DNA from: Eledone cirrhosa
Taxonomy: Eukaryota
DNA length: 64,000 bases
Direction: 5' to 3'
NCBI GenBank assembly: GCA_964016885.1
Contig: OZ024741.1
Span: 372,806,001 to 372,870,000 of the forward strand
In this document: piece by piece, positions 9,687 through 22,589 of the stretch
Layout: each line of letters opens with the position of its first letter
Position numbering within the stretch: position 1 is the stretch's first letter
Translations under genes and position numbers: made by a program
The notes under the pieces: generated by a model
Databases searched by the model: none
Told to the model about the DNA's origin: nothing
What the model saw: only the letters and a program-made list of their open reading frames with translations

Positions 9687-10790
9687 TGCTTTCCATCATG
9701 ACCCCTTAGAAGGTAGACTGGATGCTTTTCATTGTGGCACCAGCACTACTGTCTTACAGAGTGGAGTAGATGCTTTCATCATGACCCCAACACTACTACC
9801 TTAGAAGGTAGACTGGATGTTTTTCACTGTGATACCAGCACAGCTGCTTTTCAAGACAGCCAGGGTATTTTTTTGCAGCATCAGTACTATCAGCTTACAA
9901 GGCAGACAGGGTGTTTTTCATCATGACACCAAAACCTACAGGGAGGTGTGGGTGCATTTTATTATGGCACCAGCAATACTGCCACAGAGGACAGGCTGGG
10001 TGCTTTTCATTGTGGCACCAGAGTACTACTGCCTTAAAGGGTGAACTGGTTGCTTTTCATCATGGCACCAGGACTACCACTTTATAGGGTTGACTAGGGT
10101 TTTTTTGTCATGGCACCAGGACTCCAATTTTACAGGGTTGACTAGGGGTTTTTTGTCATGGCACCAGAACTTCCATTTTACAGGGTTGACTAGGGTTTTT
10201 TGTCATAGCACCAAAACTTCCATTTTACAGGGTTGACTAGGGTGTTTTGTCATGGCACCAGAACTACCATTTTACAGGGTTGACTAGGGGTTGTTTGTCA
10301 TGGCACCAGAACTACCACTTTACAGGGTTGACTAGGGTGTTTTGTCATGGAACCAGGACTACCACTTTATAGGGTTGACTAGGGTTTTTTTGTCATGGCA
10401 CCAGAACTACCATTTTACAGGGTTGACTAGGGGTTGTTTGTCATGGCACCAGAACTACCACTTTACAGGGTTGACTAGGGTGTTTTGTCATGGAACCAGG
10501 ACTACCACTTTATAGGGTTGACTAGGGTTTTTTTGTCATGGCACCAGAACTACCATTTTACAGGGTTGACTAGGGGTTGTTTGTCATGGCACCAGAACTA
10601 CCACTTTACAGGGTTGACTAGGGTTTTTTTTGTTATGGCACCAGAACTACCATTTTACAGGGTTGACTAGGGTTTTTTTTGTCATGGCACCAGAACTACC
10701 ACTTTACAGGGTTGACTAGGGGTTGTTTGCCATGGCACCAGAACTACCACTTCACAGGGTTGACTAGGGTTTTTTTGTCATGGCACCAGA
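9687..10790. repeat. 47-48 bp minisatellite; degenerate part 9687-10060 (also 8325-8530), homogeneous part 10061-10790
   Basis: Unit catggcaccagaactaccactttacagggttgactagggttttttgt, related to the antisense RTE 3'-UTR sub-repeat. Confidence 0.92.
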
Positions 10791-12187
10791 CTATCTTCTT
10801 TAATACTAAAGCATGCATTTTGTCATCTTCAGTGAGGCTGTGAAGATGGAAGTGAGAGGAGCGATAGTGGGGAAAGAAAGAGAGAAAGTGAGTTTGTCCT
10901 TGTGTGAACATGTGCATGCATATATTATTTGCAATGTGTGAAAATATACATCTGCAAATATGTGTGTGTATGTGTATGTGCATGTGTGTATGCACATGCA
11001 CATACATATATGTGTGTGCAGACATAGCTAAATGGTTACTTTTCAATCATATGGTCCTAAGTCTGATCCCTGTCTGCAGCACTTTAGATAAAGTTATTTT
11101 CTACTATGACCTCAGATTGACATAAGCTTTGTAAGTGAAATTAGGTTGACAAAAAGTACTGTACTAAAGCTCATTAAATAGACTATACACTTATTATTCA
11201 AATAGCCAGCCTAATGGTTAAGTTGCTTGACGTTCGATCGTCAGTTCAATTCCTGGACAGGCTGCCACATTGAGTTCTTGAGCAAAATACTCTATTTCAC
11301 ATTGCTGCAGTACACTCAGCTGAGAGTGAGTACTAGCAGTAGCTGGGGAGTTAATCCTGCAATAGACTGGTGTCCTATCCAGGGAGAGTCTTGTACTCTC
11401 AGTTGCTTAATGCCAAGGAAACTGGGGGTAGGCACTGGCCTGATCAGCTTTCAGCTTCAAACAGAATTTAACTTTTACATCCTAGCTACACACAATGTCA
11501 TACTGAATCTAGCTGAGGGTTAGGTACATTTACATAGGAGTATCATCATCTATGTTTAACATTCAATTTCCATATTTACATTGGATAGATGGGTTGTCAT
11601 GTTATGAAGCTAGATCTGTCAGGTGATCACATCTTATAAATATGTTTTTAGCTTGGTTTTCTACAGCTAGATGTTCTTCCTAACACCAACCACATTACAG
11701 TGTGTATTGAGAGCTTTTTTTGTGGCACCACCACTACCACATTACAGGGTGAACTGGATGCATCTTACTGGGTAGATTCAGTACATTTTATTGGGGGCAT
11801 TAGCATGATCACCTTGTTGGATAGACTGGGTCCTTTCAGTTGTAGCTCCAATACAACCCTTTTACAGGGTTGACTACATGCTTTTTTTGTTATTGCACCT
11901 GCATAACCACCTTACATGGTACATTGAGTGCTCTTTGTCGTGGTAGTATATTATGGAGCGCGTCCATGCATACATAGGTTGAACAGGAAATGTGTATTAG
12001 AGATGTGGCAGAGGGTAAAGGGGAGCACATCATCATCATTGTTAATCATTTATTTTCCATATCCATCTATTGTGGCACCAGTACAACCCCCCTACATGGC
12101 ATACTGGATGCTTTTTGTCATGACACCAGTAGAGGTAGAGTGGGTGGTTTTTTAAGGGGGTGGGTTTGGGGGTGCTACTTAATTTAA

Positions 12188-12407
12188 CCCTTTAGCATTT
12201 AAACAGGCCGTATCCGGCCAGAATTTTCTCACCCCTTTCTGTTCAAACTGACTGTAACAGGCTGCTCATACTGATGTTAAGGTATTGTTCTCAAAATAAA
12301 TAATATCAAAATCTCGTAGATTCGATATTATGTGAGGTATTATGTAAGGTAAAGTGTTTACTGTGAAAATACAATAGTATATATAGAGTAGTGTAAATGC
12401 TAAAGGG
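12188..12407. mobile_element. piggyBac-type MITE family 1 (~220 bp), best copy
   Basis: TTAA|CCCTTTAGCATTTA...TAAATGCTAAAGGG|TTAA. Other copies at ~15767-15970, 16128-16348, 18185-18381, 23807-24016, 36186-36393, 42953-43266 and 57815-57964. Confidence 0.92.
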
Positions 12408-12456
12408 TTAAAACAGCATGGCTTTCTCCCCAATACTTATGTAGCATGACAAAATA

Positions 12457-12842
12457 TAATTGTTTTTACTTTTGGCACAAGGCCAGCAAATACCTCAGTG
12501 CATTACTGGTACTTTATTTTATCGACCCCCGTAAGGATGAAAGGCAAAGTTAACCTCGGCGGGATTTGAATGCAGAACATAAAGGGTCATAACTCTATAC
12601 TGCAAAGCATGGCGTCTGACAGTCTACCAATACTGCCAATCCACCACCCATGACAAAATATAATTGTTTCTACTTTAGGCACAAGGCCAGCAATTACCAG
12701 TGCATTACTGGTACTTTATTTTATCGACCCCGTAAGGATGAAAGGCAAAGTCAACCTCGGCGGGATTTGAACTCAGATGGTAAAGGGACGTAACTATGCT
12801 GGAAAGCATGGCGTCCGACCCTCTACCGATACTGCCAATCCA
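12457..12842 (-). mobile_element. Two tandem copies of tRNA-derived SINE family C
   Basis: A-box tggcagtatcggt, B-box gagttcaaatc, central gcctttcatccttacggggtcgataaaataaagtaccag. Other copies at ~13855-14030, 14360-14580, 24485-24730, 25371-25490, 26680-26872, 29535-29690, 31585-31776, 36560-36750, 43285-43455, 52425-52860, 55490-55645, 57196-57455 and 60250-60395. Confidence 0.88.
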
Positions 12843-13081
12843 ACAAAATATAATGAAAACAAAAATGTTGCATGTAAGTTCTTGAAATGCTAATGCAATA
12901 TATAGATGGTATAAACTCTACTTGAAGCCTGTCATTTTACATTGAGGGTTGAGTAATCATCTTGTAGTTTATAAATAAGGAATGCTAATTAAGTAGCATA
13001 TGCACAGTATGAAAGCTGCTCATCATCATCCTTTTTATGTCCACTTTTCCATGCTTGCAAATGTAAAAAAGGATGATGATT

Positions 13082-13117
<36 letters not shown>

Positions 13118-13714
13118 GTTGTGATGATGATGGTGATGATGGTGATGATGACGATGTGTGTGCATTTTGTGAGAAATGCAATATGAGATAGAATGTCATT
13201 TTTGATCTTAGGCTTGTTCATTGAAGGTTGACGTAGGGTTAAATAACAGCAGCAAGCAGCATGGCAGAAATAGCAACTGATAGATAACAACAAACAACAA
13301 ATGTAAACCATTTAGAATGAAACTTAGGATATTTGCTACATTGTTGTAAATTGTTAAAGACAGTTCTCAAATTATTTCTTCCTTATGAGACAAAATGTGA
13401 TTGTTAGGATAATTTGAATTGAAATATGGGAAGTGAAATGAGAAGAGTTTCCAATGAAGATAAACTCATTAAAACTTACAAAAGAAAAGAATATTAGTGA
13501 GATTAAGAGATAAAAACTGGAAACAATCGAGTAGATATTATTATATGGTCTGAGTTCAAATCCTGCCGAGGTTAACTAGGACCTCATTTGCTCATAATAC
13601 AGAGAGATGGGGGGGGGGGGGATGGAGGTGATGACAGTGGGAATTTGGCTCTTTCATGTTCAGACACATTTATCAGACTATAGGTTTTATGTACCTGTTC
13701 TTTGTTTGCATGTA

Positions 13715-13848
13715 TCTGTGTGTATATCATGACTCATACACTGTTCACTTTCCTGACATTTTACATTATTCTATGTACTATACATGCACCTTTGATGAGT
13801 TGTAGTGCACCTGATCACTGTACACAATAATTTTCATTATTATTATCA
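13715..13848 (+). mobile_element. 3' end of the same CR1 family as 8531-9686, opposite orientation
   Basis: atcatgactcatacactgttcactttcctgacatt...gttgtagtgcacctgatcactgtacacaataatt matches the reverse complement of 8545-8665. Confidence 0.85.
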
Positions 13849-14070
13849 TATACAGGCAGTGGATTGGCAGTATCGGTAGAGGGTCAGACGCCGTACCTAG
13901 CAGCATAGAGTTACGGCCCTTTATGGTCTGAGTTCAAATCCCGCTGAGGTTAACTTTGCCTTTCATCCTTACGGGGTCAATAAAATAAGGTACCAGTAAT
14001 GCACTGTGATAATTGCTGGCCTTGTGCCAAAATTATATACAATTATTAACTAGGCTTACAAAAAGGGTGG

Positions 14071-14352
14071 TGGAGGCACATGGCCTAGTGGTAAGGGTGT
14101 TGGACATATAATCATAATGTTATGGGTTTAATTCCTGGACTGGGTTGTGTGTTGTGTTCTTAAGCAAAACATTTCATTTCATGTTGCTCCAGTATACTCA
14201 GCTGAAAGTGAGTACCAGCAATAACTGGGGGTTTAACCCTGTGATGGACTGGTGTCCCGATCAGGGTGGGGAGTCTTGTACTCTCAGTTACTTAATGGCA
14301 CAAAAACCAGGATAAGCATCGGCCTGATGAGCTTCTTGGCTGGGGACAGACT
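14071..14352 (+). mobile_element. tRNA-derived CORE-type SINE family B
   Basis: Head ggaggcacatggcctagtggtaagg, core ttcttaagcaaaacatttcatttcatgttgctccag, tail cctgtgatggactggtgtcc...ctgatgagc. Related copies at 1-100, 11205-11470, 16677-16940, 27254-27495, 35970-36500, 45700-45963 and 49650-49790. Confidence 0.85.
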
Positions 14353-17300
14353 TTTACAAAGGGTGGTGGATTGGTAGTCGTTATAGAGTCAGGTAACATG
14401 CTTTGTGGCATGTAGTTACTTATGGCCATTTATATTCTTAGTTTAAATGCTGCTGAGCTTCGTTTTGCCCTTCGTCCTTACTGGTTCAATATAATAAAGC
14501 ACCAATAAATGCACTGGGGTTGATTTAATCAACTTTCCTCTCCTTCAAATTTGTTGGCTTTGCGCCTAAATCACAGACCATTATCTAGGCTTACAAAAAT
14601 AAAGGCATTTTCTATTTTGGAAATCAGCTGTAGACCTCATAGAAACACTGTTTAAAATTTATTAAATCAAGAATGTAAAGAACCAGAAAAATACTGCAAT
14701 GTCATTTTATCCAATGCTCTGCCAATTCTGCCATTCCACGACACTTGCCATATACATGAGATTTTTTTTGTGCATCATATTATAACTTAAAATAAGACTG
14801 GTACTTTATTTTATTGACTCTAGAATGATGAAAGGTAAATTTGACCTTGGTGAGATTTGAACTCAGAACATAAGAAAGTCATTACTAAACACCATGAAGC
14901 ATTTTGTTCAATACTCTACTGATACTGCCAATCCCTTGCCCAAAATAATTTTTAATTTAGGCACAAGGGCAACAATTTTGTGGGTAGGGTGCCGGGTTGG
15001 TTCTATTACATTGATCCCAACACGTGATCGGTATTTTAATTTATCAACCCAAGAAAGAGGAAATGCAAAGTTGAACTCAGTGAGATTTGAACTATAGAAT
15101 AAAATAATAACAATAATAAAAATAATAATAATAATAATAACAATAATAATAATAGTAATAATAATAATAATAGTAATAGTAATAATGATAATAATAATAA
15201 TATTAATAATAATAATAATAACGATAACATGGTGTGCTACAGCTTTCAGTTCACATATTCATATACAACTCTAAATACTATTATATAATTACAACTTTAT
15301 TTGTTAAAGCATATAAATGAAAATAAAAGAACAAGACAACAACAACAAAAAAACTCTTGAGTCTCAGTATAACATTGGAAAGTCAAATGTTGAGACACGT
15401 TTTTTATCACATGTCTTTTATAGGTCAGTTAGCCGATCCTGGGAAAATAGGAAGTACTATTAACAGCAAAAACTAAAGACACGAGAACGACAGACACGTT
15501 TCCTTTATTACATCTATAAGTATGTAATAAACACGTGATTAGTCTCAATTATTGCAGCAGACTGTTTTGATGAGTTATGCAATATTAAGGAAAATAAATC
15601 ATGTGGACCAACATTAGAATCACCATCGTGTTATTGTTTTTATGTTGACTCTTTTGGGTTGGACCGGATGTTTTACAGCTAAATGTCCTTCCTGATACTT
15701 TTTTAGTCACTTCACATGACACACAAGTATATGGTGTATCTATCCTAAACCAGATTCTGCAGTTAACCCTTTAGGATTTACATTATTCTATATTTACTAT
15801 TATATTTTGACAGTAAATTATCTCACATAATATCGAATCTATGAGATTTTGATATTATTTATTTTGAGAACAATACCTTAACATCAGTATGAGCAGCTGG
15901 TTACAGCTAATTTGAACATAAAAGGGTGAGAGAATTCTGGCTGGATATGGCCGGTTTAAATGCTGAAGGGTTGATATAGTAAAAAATTTAACAGGGAGGG
16001 ATAAAGCAAGAATTTTTTTTCAATGAATTAGCAATTTTTATTTAACAAGTATAACTGAGAAGGAGAGAGAAAGAGTATGTACTCCTTGTTAACCTTTTTG
16101 CCACCAATCTGCCCCTGTTTGTTTTAACCCTGTAGCATTTTAAACTGGCTGTATCCGGCCAGAATTCTCTCACCTTTTTCTGTTTAAACTACCATAACTG
16201 GCTGCTCATACTGATGTTAAGGTATTGTTCTCAAAATAAATGATATCAAAATATCATAGATACAATATTATGTGAGATAATTATCAGAGATAAAACCTCT
16301 AGCATGAAAATATAATAGTATATATAGAATAATGTAAATGCTAAAGAGTTAAACTCCTTATATTTTATTTAAAACCTTCCATTGGAATTTTACATAAGAA
16401 TTTTGGTTAAGCTGGGTTCTACAAAGAAGCATAATAATGGGAAAATTAGTTATTTTACTAAATCCCTCCAAATTCTTGATTATTTTCAAAATTATTTACA
16501 GAAAGGATTAATTAAAAGTGAGATCTAACTTAATGTTTTTTTTTTAGTACAGAATACCTGTGTATTAACAACAACATTATATCAACTGGGATTCTTTCAA
16601 AATAGAGGAAATGGCATATTCATGTTTTTTTAAATGAATAGCATCACGTTTTAGTGAATTAATTACTGAATTAATAAAGGCACGTGGCTCTATGGTTAGA
16701 GTGTTGGGCTTACCATCATGAGGTTGTAAGTTCGATTCCCAGACTGGGCAGTGTGTTATGTGTCCTTGAGCAAGACCCTTTATTTCAGATTTCTCCAATT
16801 CACACAGTTGTAGAAATGAGTTATGATGTCACAGGTGTCCTTGAACAACATTGGTGGCAACTTGTCCAGACTTGTGCCTCGGAGCGAGAACTTTCTAGGT
16901 GCAAATCTCATGGTCATTCATGATCAAAAGGGGTCTTTAACCTTTAGTATTAGTAGATTAAAAGATGAATTATTTACATCTAGACCTGATTTTTATTTGT
17001 TATTTTAATATAATATTAAAAGCATTTACCACATCATTATTGAGAATTTGATTTCATTGAATTAATCTGTGTTCTAAGATGGCTGTATATGCATATAACC
17101 CTTTTGTAACTATATTTCTCTGATGAAATACACTCTATTTCAATTGATAAAAAATTTTGAAGGATTTACTAAAATTATTTCATTACTAAGATAGTAACTT
17201 AACATATAGTTCTTATATAAAATTATGTTGGAATATCTAATTTTTAATAGGAACCATTTAAAATAAGTGTTTTTATTTCATTGACCCCAAACCAGTTTTG

Positions 17301-18499
17301 GATATGTTGGTATTAAATGGTTAAGAAAATTATATTTACCATTGTTTCAAAATATAAAAAATTAAGAAAACCTGTGATGAGATTTAAATAAGAATCTTTT
17401 AAAATAGGTAGTTTTGTTTTATAGAAGCAGAACAGGATTTGACCATGTTGGTATCGAATGGATTAACCTAAAAGAAAGTTGACAATGACAACATAAGAAT
17501 TAGGGTGCAGCTAGGTCAGAGAACCCTCATTATCAGCCTGCTTCTCTCTGAATATGTTGCCTTCTGTTAGCCCCCTCTTTACTTATACTTTCAAAGAAGT
17601 TGGGCCCAATATGACATTTTCTCTTCTGGAGTGGATGGTCAGATACATCAACCATCCATGAGGAAACATCAATATTAAAGCTTTTTAATGTTTATTTTAG
17701 TTAATCTTTGTACCCTTCAAAGCTCTTGCAAAATATGTTATTGCAATTCTTTGTACAAAAGCATCTTTGCAAGTCAAGGAGCCAACATGTTATGAACATT
17801 TAACTGTTAATGAGTTATTAAAGAAAAAATGTAAAATTAAACATTCTATTCTAGGTTGCATTTGATAAGTTTCAATTTCTTGCTCTCATCATTATCATCA
17901 CTATTTTATTATTTCTTTTCCATGTCTGTATGGGTTACAAAGGTGTTCTCCAGCTAAATTTCCCTCCACTTGTTGTGTTCCTTTGATTATCTCTTGAGAT
18001 TCAGTATGTTGAGATCAGCTCTCATCACCTCTGCCCAAGTCTTCCTCAGCATTCCTCTTAAGCATCTTTCTATTACTAATTATTACAAATATGCATATAA
18101 GCCAACAAGGGAGCCACTATTTGATCATTTGACCTGCAAGAAATACCAATGAAATCTCCTTGAAATCACATTTTACTGTCTTAACCCTTTAGCATTTACA
18201 TTACTCTATATATACTATAATATTTTTGTGGTAAATGTTTTATATTACATAATTATCTCACATAATATCGAATCTATGAAATTTTGATGTTACTTATTTT
18301 GAGAACAATACCTTATTGTAGGTATGAGCAGCCAATTACAGCCAGTTTGAACCAGATACGGCCGGTTTAGATGCTAAAGGGTAAAAAAAAAAAGGAGGTA
18401 CACATCAGATAATGTCAACCTTAAGGCCTCTACATAAGAGCAAGCTGTAACAACAACAGCCCCACTAAAATTATGCTGCCTTCTTTTAATAAGTCCATT

Positions 18500-18663
18500 T
18501 AGTAGTGTTAAGACACTCACAGGAGAGCTGAACAGCAGAAGGATTTCAGAGAAGCAACTCCACTCAGAGTGTTTCAGAAGTTAAGTGTCAAAACACTTGT
18601 TTGAGCTGGGGTTCTTCTCTGAAGACCTGCTGTTCAGCTCTCCTGAAAGTTTCTCACTACTAG
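18500..18663. repeat. Imperfect inverted repeat ~150 nt downstream (gene sense) of PDE4 exon 18811-18904
   Basis: caggagagctgaacagcag...ttcagagaag pairs with cttctctgaagacctgctgttcagctctcctg. A single related arm lies at 30285-30345. Confidence 0.8.
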
Positions 18664-18810
18664 TATGCGGACTTAGATCCTAAAATAAAGAGTAGGTGGG
18701 TGGGCAGGGCTTGTAGAACACAAGTTGTGGCACAGTCGTAAACAAAAAATTGACATTTAAAAATAATGTTTATTTTCTGCATAACATTAACCAAAGAATG
18801 TTTTACTTAC

Positions 18811-18904
18811 CAAGATATGTGCTGCATATGTACTCTGCTATTTGATTCCCTGATTTACTTGACTCTGCAAAATGACTAAGCTCCCTGTTTAACATCCGTT
18901 TGAA
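18811..18904 (-). CDS. PDE4: PDE4/dunce internal exon (UCR2 C-half): [31 protein letters not shown](+G)
   Basis: 94-bp exon, not in the ORF track. Acceptor ttttatgtttcag, donor TTG|gtaagt. Phase 0 start joins the 23589-23701 exon in frame; ends in phase 1. Matches the PDE4 motif [21 protein letters not shown]. Confidence 0.97.
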
Positions 18905-18994
18905 CTGAAACATAAAACCAATTACAATTTTTATTTTATTTCATTCATTTATTTATATATTTATTTATTATAAGATATGCATATCTAAGTATAT

Positions 18995-20531
18995 CTAGCT
19001 AAAAGTAAGCCACTCTACCTGGCATTCGTCGATCTCGAGAAACCCTTTGACAGAGTTCCACATGCTGTAATCTGGTGGGCTCTTAGAAAACTAGGAGTAG
19101 ATGAATGGCTTGTGAAAGCTGTACAAGCCATGTATAGGGGAGCAGTCAGCAAAGTTAGGATTAGCAATGAGTATAGCGAGGAATTTAGCGTACAGGTTGG
19201 GGTCCACCAGGGCTCTGTTCTTAGCCCTCTCCTGTTCATTATAGTCCTACAGGCAATAACGGAGGAGTTTAAGACTGGATGCCCATGGGAACTCCTGTAT
19301 GCTGATGACCTCGCACTTATAGCTGAATCTATGGTAGAACTAGAGAAGAAATTCCAAACTTGGAAGCAGGGACTAGAAAGAAAGGGTCTCAAAGTCAACA
19401 TGACAAAGACTAAGGTCCTTGTAAGTAGACGAGAAAACAGAACCCAGATCCCCTCAGGGAAATGGCCTTGCTCAGTATGTAGGAAAGGTGTAGGTAGGAA
19501 CTCCATTCTCTGCACCAAATGCAAACAATGGGTACACAAGAGATGTAGCGGGATCTCAGGAAGCCTAATTAAGAATGTAGGCTTCACATGCAGCAGCTCT
19601 ACTGGGACAGCAAGCAGCAAACAGCCACAGGAAACAAGTACCACCAATCTCTGGGAGGGCTCTGTAGAGACAGAAGACAGCTTCTGCTACCTAGGTGACC
19701 GAATTAGCAGCGGAGGTGGGTGTTCAGAAAGTACAATAACTAGGGTAAGAACGGGATGGAAGAAGTTTAGGGAACTACTACCACTGCTAGCTGCAAAAGG
19801 CTTCTCCCTCAAAATGAAAGGCAGACTGTATGATGTGTGTATCCGAACAGCAATGTTACATGGTAGTGAGACCTGGGCGCTGAAGGTGGAAGACTTACGT
19901 AGATTAGAGAGAAACGAAGCCTGCATGCTCCGATGGATGTGTAATAGTAATATACGCGAACGACAAAGCATAAATGAATTGAGAGAGAGACTGAGCATAA
20001 GAGGAATCAAATGCTGCGTGCAGGAGAGGCGGTTACGCTGGTATGGACATGTGATGCGTATGAAGGATGACAGCTGCATAAAAAGGTGCAGAGCACTAGA
20101 AGTCGATGGAAACCGCGGAGATGACCTGGGATGAGGTGATACAAGCCGACCTTACCCAATTACACCTCTCAAAGGTGATGACACACGACCGTGACCTCTG
20201 GCGTCACGCAGTAATACAGAGTACCCGACCTTCCATGGGTACAAGCTGAAGCATATAGACAATATGCCCCCCACCCCCCACTGCAAGGTGGTCGTGGAGG
20301 TTCCACAGCATAAAAGCACCCAGCCCACACTGTAAAGTGGACATGTAGGCGCCACGAAAAAGCACCCACCACTCACTGTAAATGAGGTTGGTGTTAGGAA
20401 GGGCATCCAGCTGTAGAAACCAAGCCAAATCAGTTCCTGTATGAGCAAAGCATGGTCAGCCGACCAGACACTGCCCACAACAGAACAACCCGTCTAACCC
20501 ATGCTAGCGTAGAAGAACGGACGTAAAACGG

Positions 20532-20565
<34 letters not shown>
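18995..20565 (+). mobile_element. 5'-truncated RTE LINE, near-identical to 2137-3935
   Basis: 340-aa RT ORF piece 19112-20134, a frameshifting deletion near 20118, and the same 3' UTR and (GAT)n tail. Begins about 90 bp from the PDE4 acceptor at 18905. Confidence 0.95.
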
Positions 20566-21159
20566 CTACTTTAGAATAAGTACAGAATATCCTTGCATGT
20601 TATAAGAAGCAACTAAAAGGATTGGTGTCAGTAAGAGAATCTTGCTGTAAAAACTTGCCTCAAAAAGAGCCATTCAACCCATGCTAGCATTGAAAAGTCA
20701 ATGTAAAAATGATGATATGATGACATGGTGTATATAAAATAAAAGAGAATGAGTGTGTGTATGTGTACATGCATATATATACACACACAAATATATTCCC
20801 TCCTCATGTCAGGCTTCTGTCTGCTACTAGTACCATGTAACCAAGTACAACCTACTTCATGGTTGGGTGGTAGCGACTAAACCAGCTCCCTCACCAGACC
20901 CTGGTCTGGTGAAGAGGGTAAGTGGAACTTCAGCAGCACAATCAAACAAGAGATCTTAAAATGGTAGTTGAACTCCTCGGAGTCAATGGATATCCTCCCC
21001 AACCATGGGTTGAATAGCCTCATCAACCTACAATTGGCCAAGCATGGTGAGTACAGCTACACCCCTGACATGACCAAAACCAAACAGAAGCTGTGGAGGT
21101 CAACTAGGGAGGGGGGTTTCTCCAACAGGACATGACCCTAGATTGGATTATATATATAT

Positions 21160-21660
21160 AGAAGTCACGATTACGAGCTGAAGATACGCTAAGGTGAAAC
21201 AATTGTTCTTATTATGGTGAACTAACTGTTGTCTTACCACTTCTACCTAACTTGTCCCATGGACTGAGTGCTCTACCACTACGGATATTAACTTCCAGTG
21301 TTCTACCTCTCTCTATATATATATGTGTGTGTGTGTGTGTGAGCTTAAATGTGCAAAGACACATCTAAACTGTTTAGATGTGTCTTCACAGAATATAACT
21401 ATCTGATGAGATGTCAAAAAAGAGTCGGGTCCCATCACCTTGATTGTACCCTGAGCTGATCGATATTGAAACAATCGTAATATGTAAATAAAGTCTGTAC
21501 ATCTGCTGCAACAGTGATGTCGACTCTTTTAAATCTATTTACACTCTGTACACTACAGTTGTAACACTAGAATACAACCCAAACAAAATGGACCTCATAA
21601 CAGCATTGAGTGCTTTGAACGGTGCACTGCCTGTAACTGTTATTACACACCTAACTAACA
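21160..21660 (+). mobile_element. Two short Penelope-pLTR-like relics with minimal hammerhead-like motifs (21175-21210, 21403-21479)
   Basis: GAG CTGAAGA tacgctaaggt GAAAC AATT GTT CTT, and CTGATGA GATGTC..GATATT GAAAC AATC GTA. Both lie between microsatellite tracts. Confidence 0.6.
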
Positions 21661-22589
21661 TATATATATATATCATCATCATCATCATCATCATCGTTTA
21701 ACATCTATCTTCCACACTAGCATGGGTTAGACGGGAATTGTCCCATTTGAGGTAAGATTGGTTGGGTGACCGTGTCTCACTCATATAGGACTATCTGGCA
21801 GGTTTTCTACGGTTGGATGCCCTTCCTAATACCAACCACATTTACATTGTGGACTGGGAGCTTTTTACTGTGTTACCTACATGACCACATTACAGCGTGG
21901 ACTGTGGTTTTTTTTCTTCTTTCTTTTTCTCTTTTTCTTTTTTTTCTTCTCTCTTCCTTTTTTTTTTCATTTTTTTTGTTGTAAAAATATTAAAATCCCC
22001 CCCCCCCCCCAAAGTTCGAAATTTCAGACTTTAAAAGTTAAAAGTTAGGAGTCCAGAGAACTAGACAACAGTCAATATGCTAAGAATAATATCTGACTGG
22101 AAAAGTGTATATTGGTATTAGGTATTGGGTTCAGAGGTGGATAGTAACTTGTTATGACTCCCCATGGAAAAAGCTGGCCTCTTGTCGTAAATGACAGGTA
22201 ATATTTAAAGTATCTAATGTAACGAGTGTACAAATTAAACAATCCTACAGTTGGTATCCCAGCCAATCCGGTGGAGACAAAAGATACATTGATGATTTAA
22301 GGAAAAATGTAAGAAAAGTTACAAATAAGTAAGGAATAATGGGGAAAAAAGAGGATTATAAGAAAATAATGGGAAAAAAAATATATATATAAAGGTAAAA
22401 AAGACTTATAGAGAGAATGAAGGAGAGGAAATGCAGGAAAAAATAGAAGGATAAATGCCTGAGTGAGGTCCATGACTATGTCATGCTCACGGATCTGTAT
22501 TTTGGCTTGGTTTCCATGGCTGGATGTCCTTCCTAACATCAAAGTGTTAACTGGGTGATTTTTATTGAGGCATCGAAACAATCACCTTT

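Noticed and set aside
10061-10790. Regular repeats that superficially resemble a CRISPR array (also 46283-47942)
   Set aside because: The units are head-to-tail with no unique spacers, there are no cas genes, and the context is eukaryotic.
10800-10895. Strong minus-strand polypyrimidine tract and cag acceptor at ~10848
   Set aside because: The phase-1 frame stops after ~10 codons, there is no good donor, and there is no PDE4 similarity.
20790-21145. GC-richer island resembling a LINE 5' UTR, a possible HDV-like ribozyme location (also 27975-28135)
   Set aside because: I could not build the nested double pseudoknot by eye, and there is no adjacent ORF.
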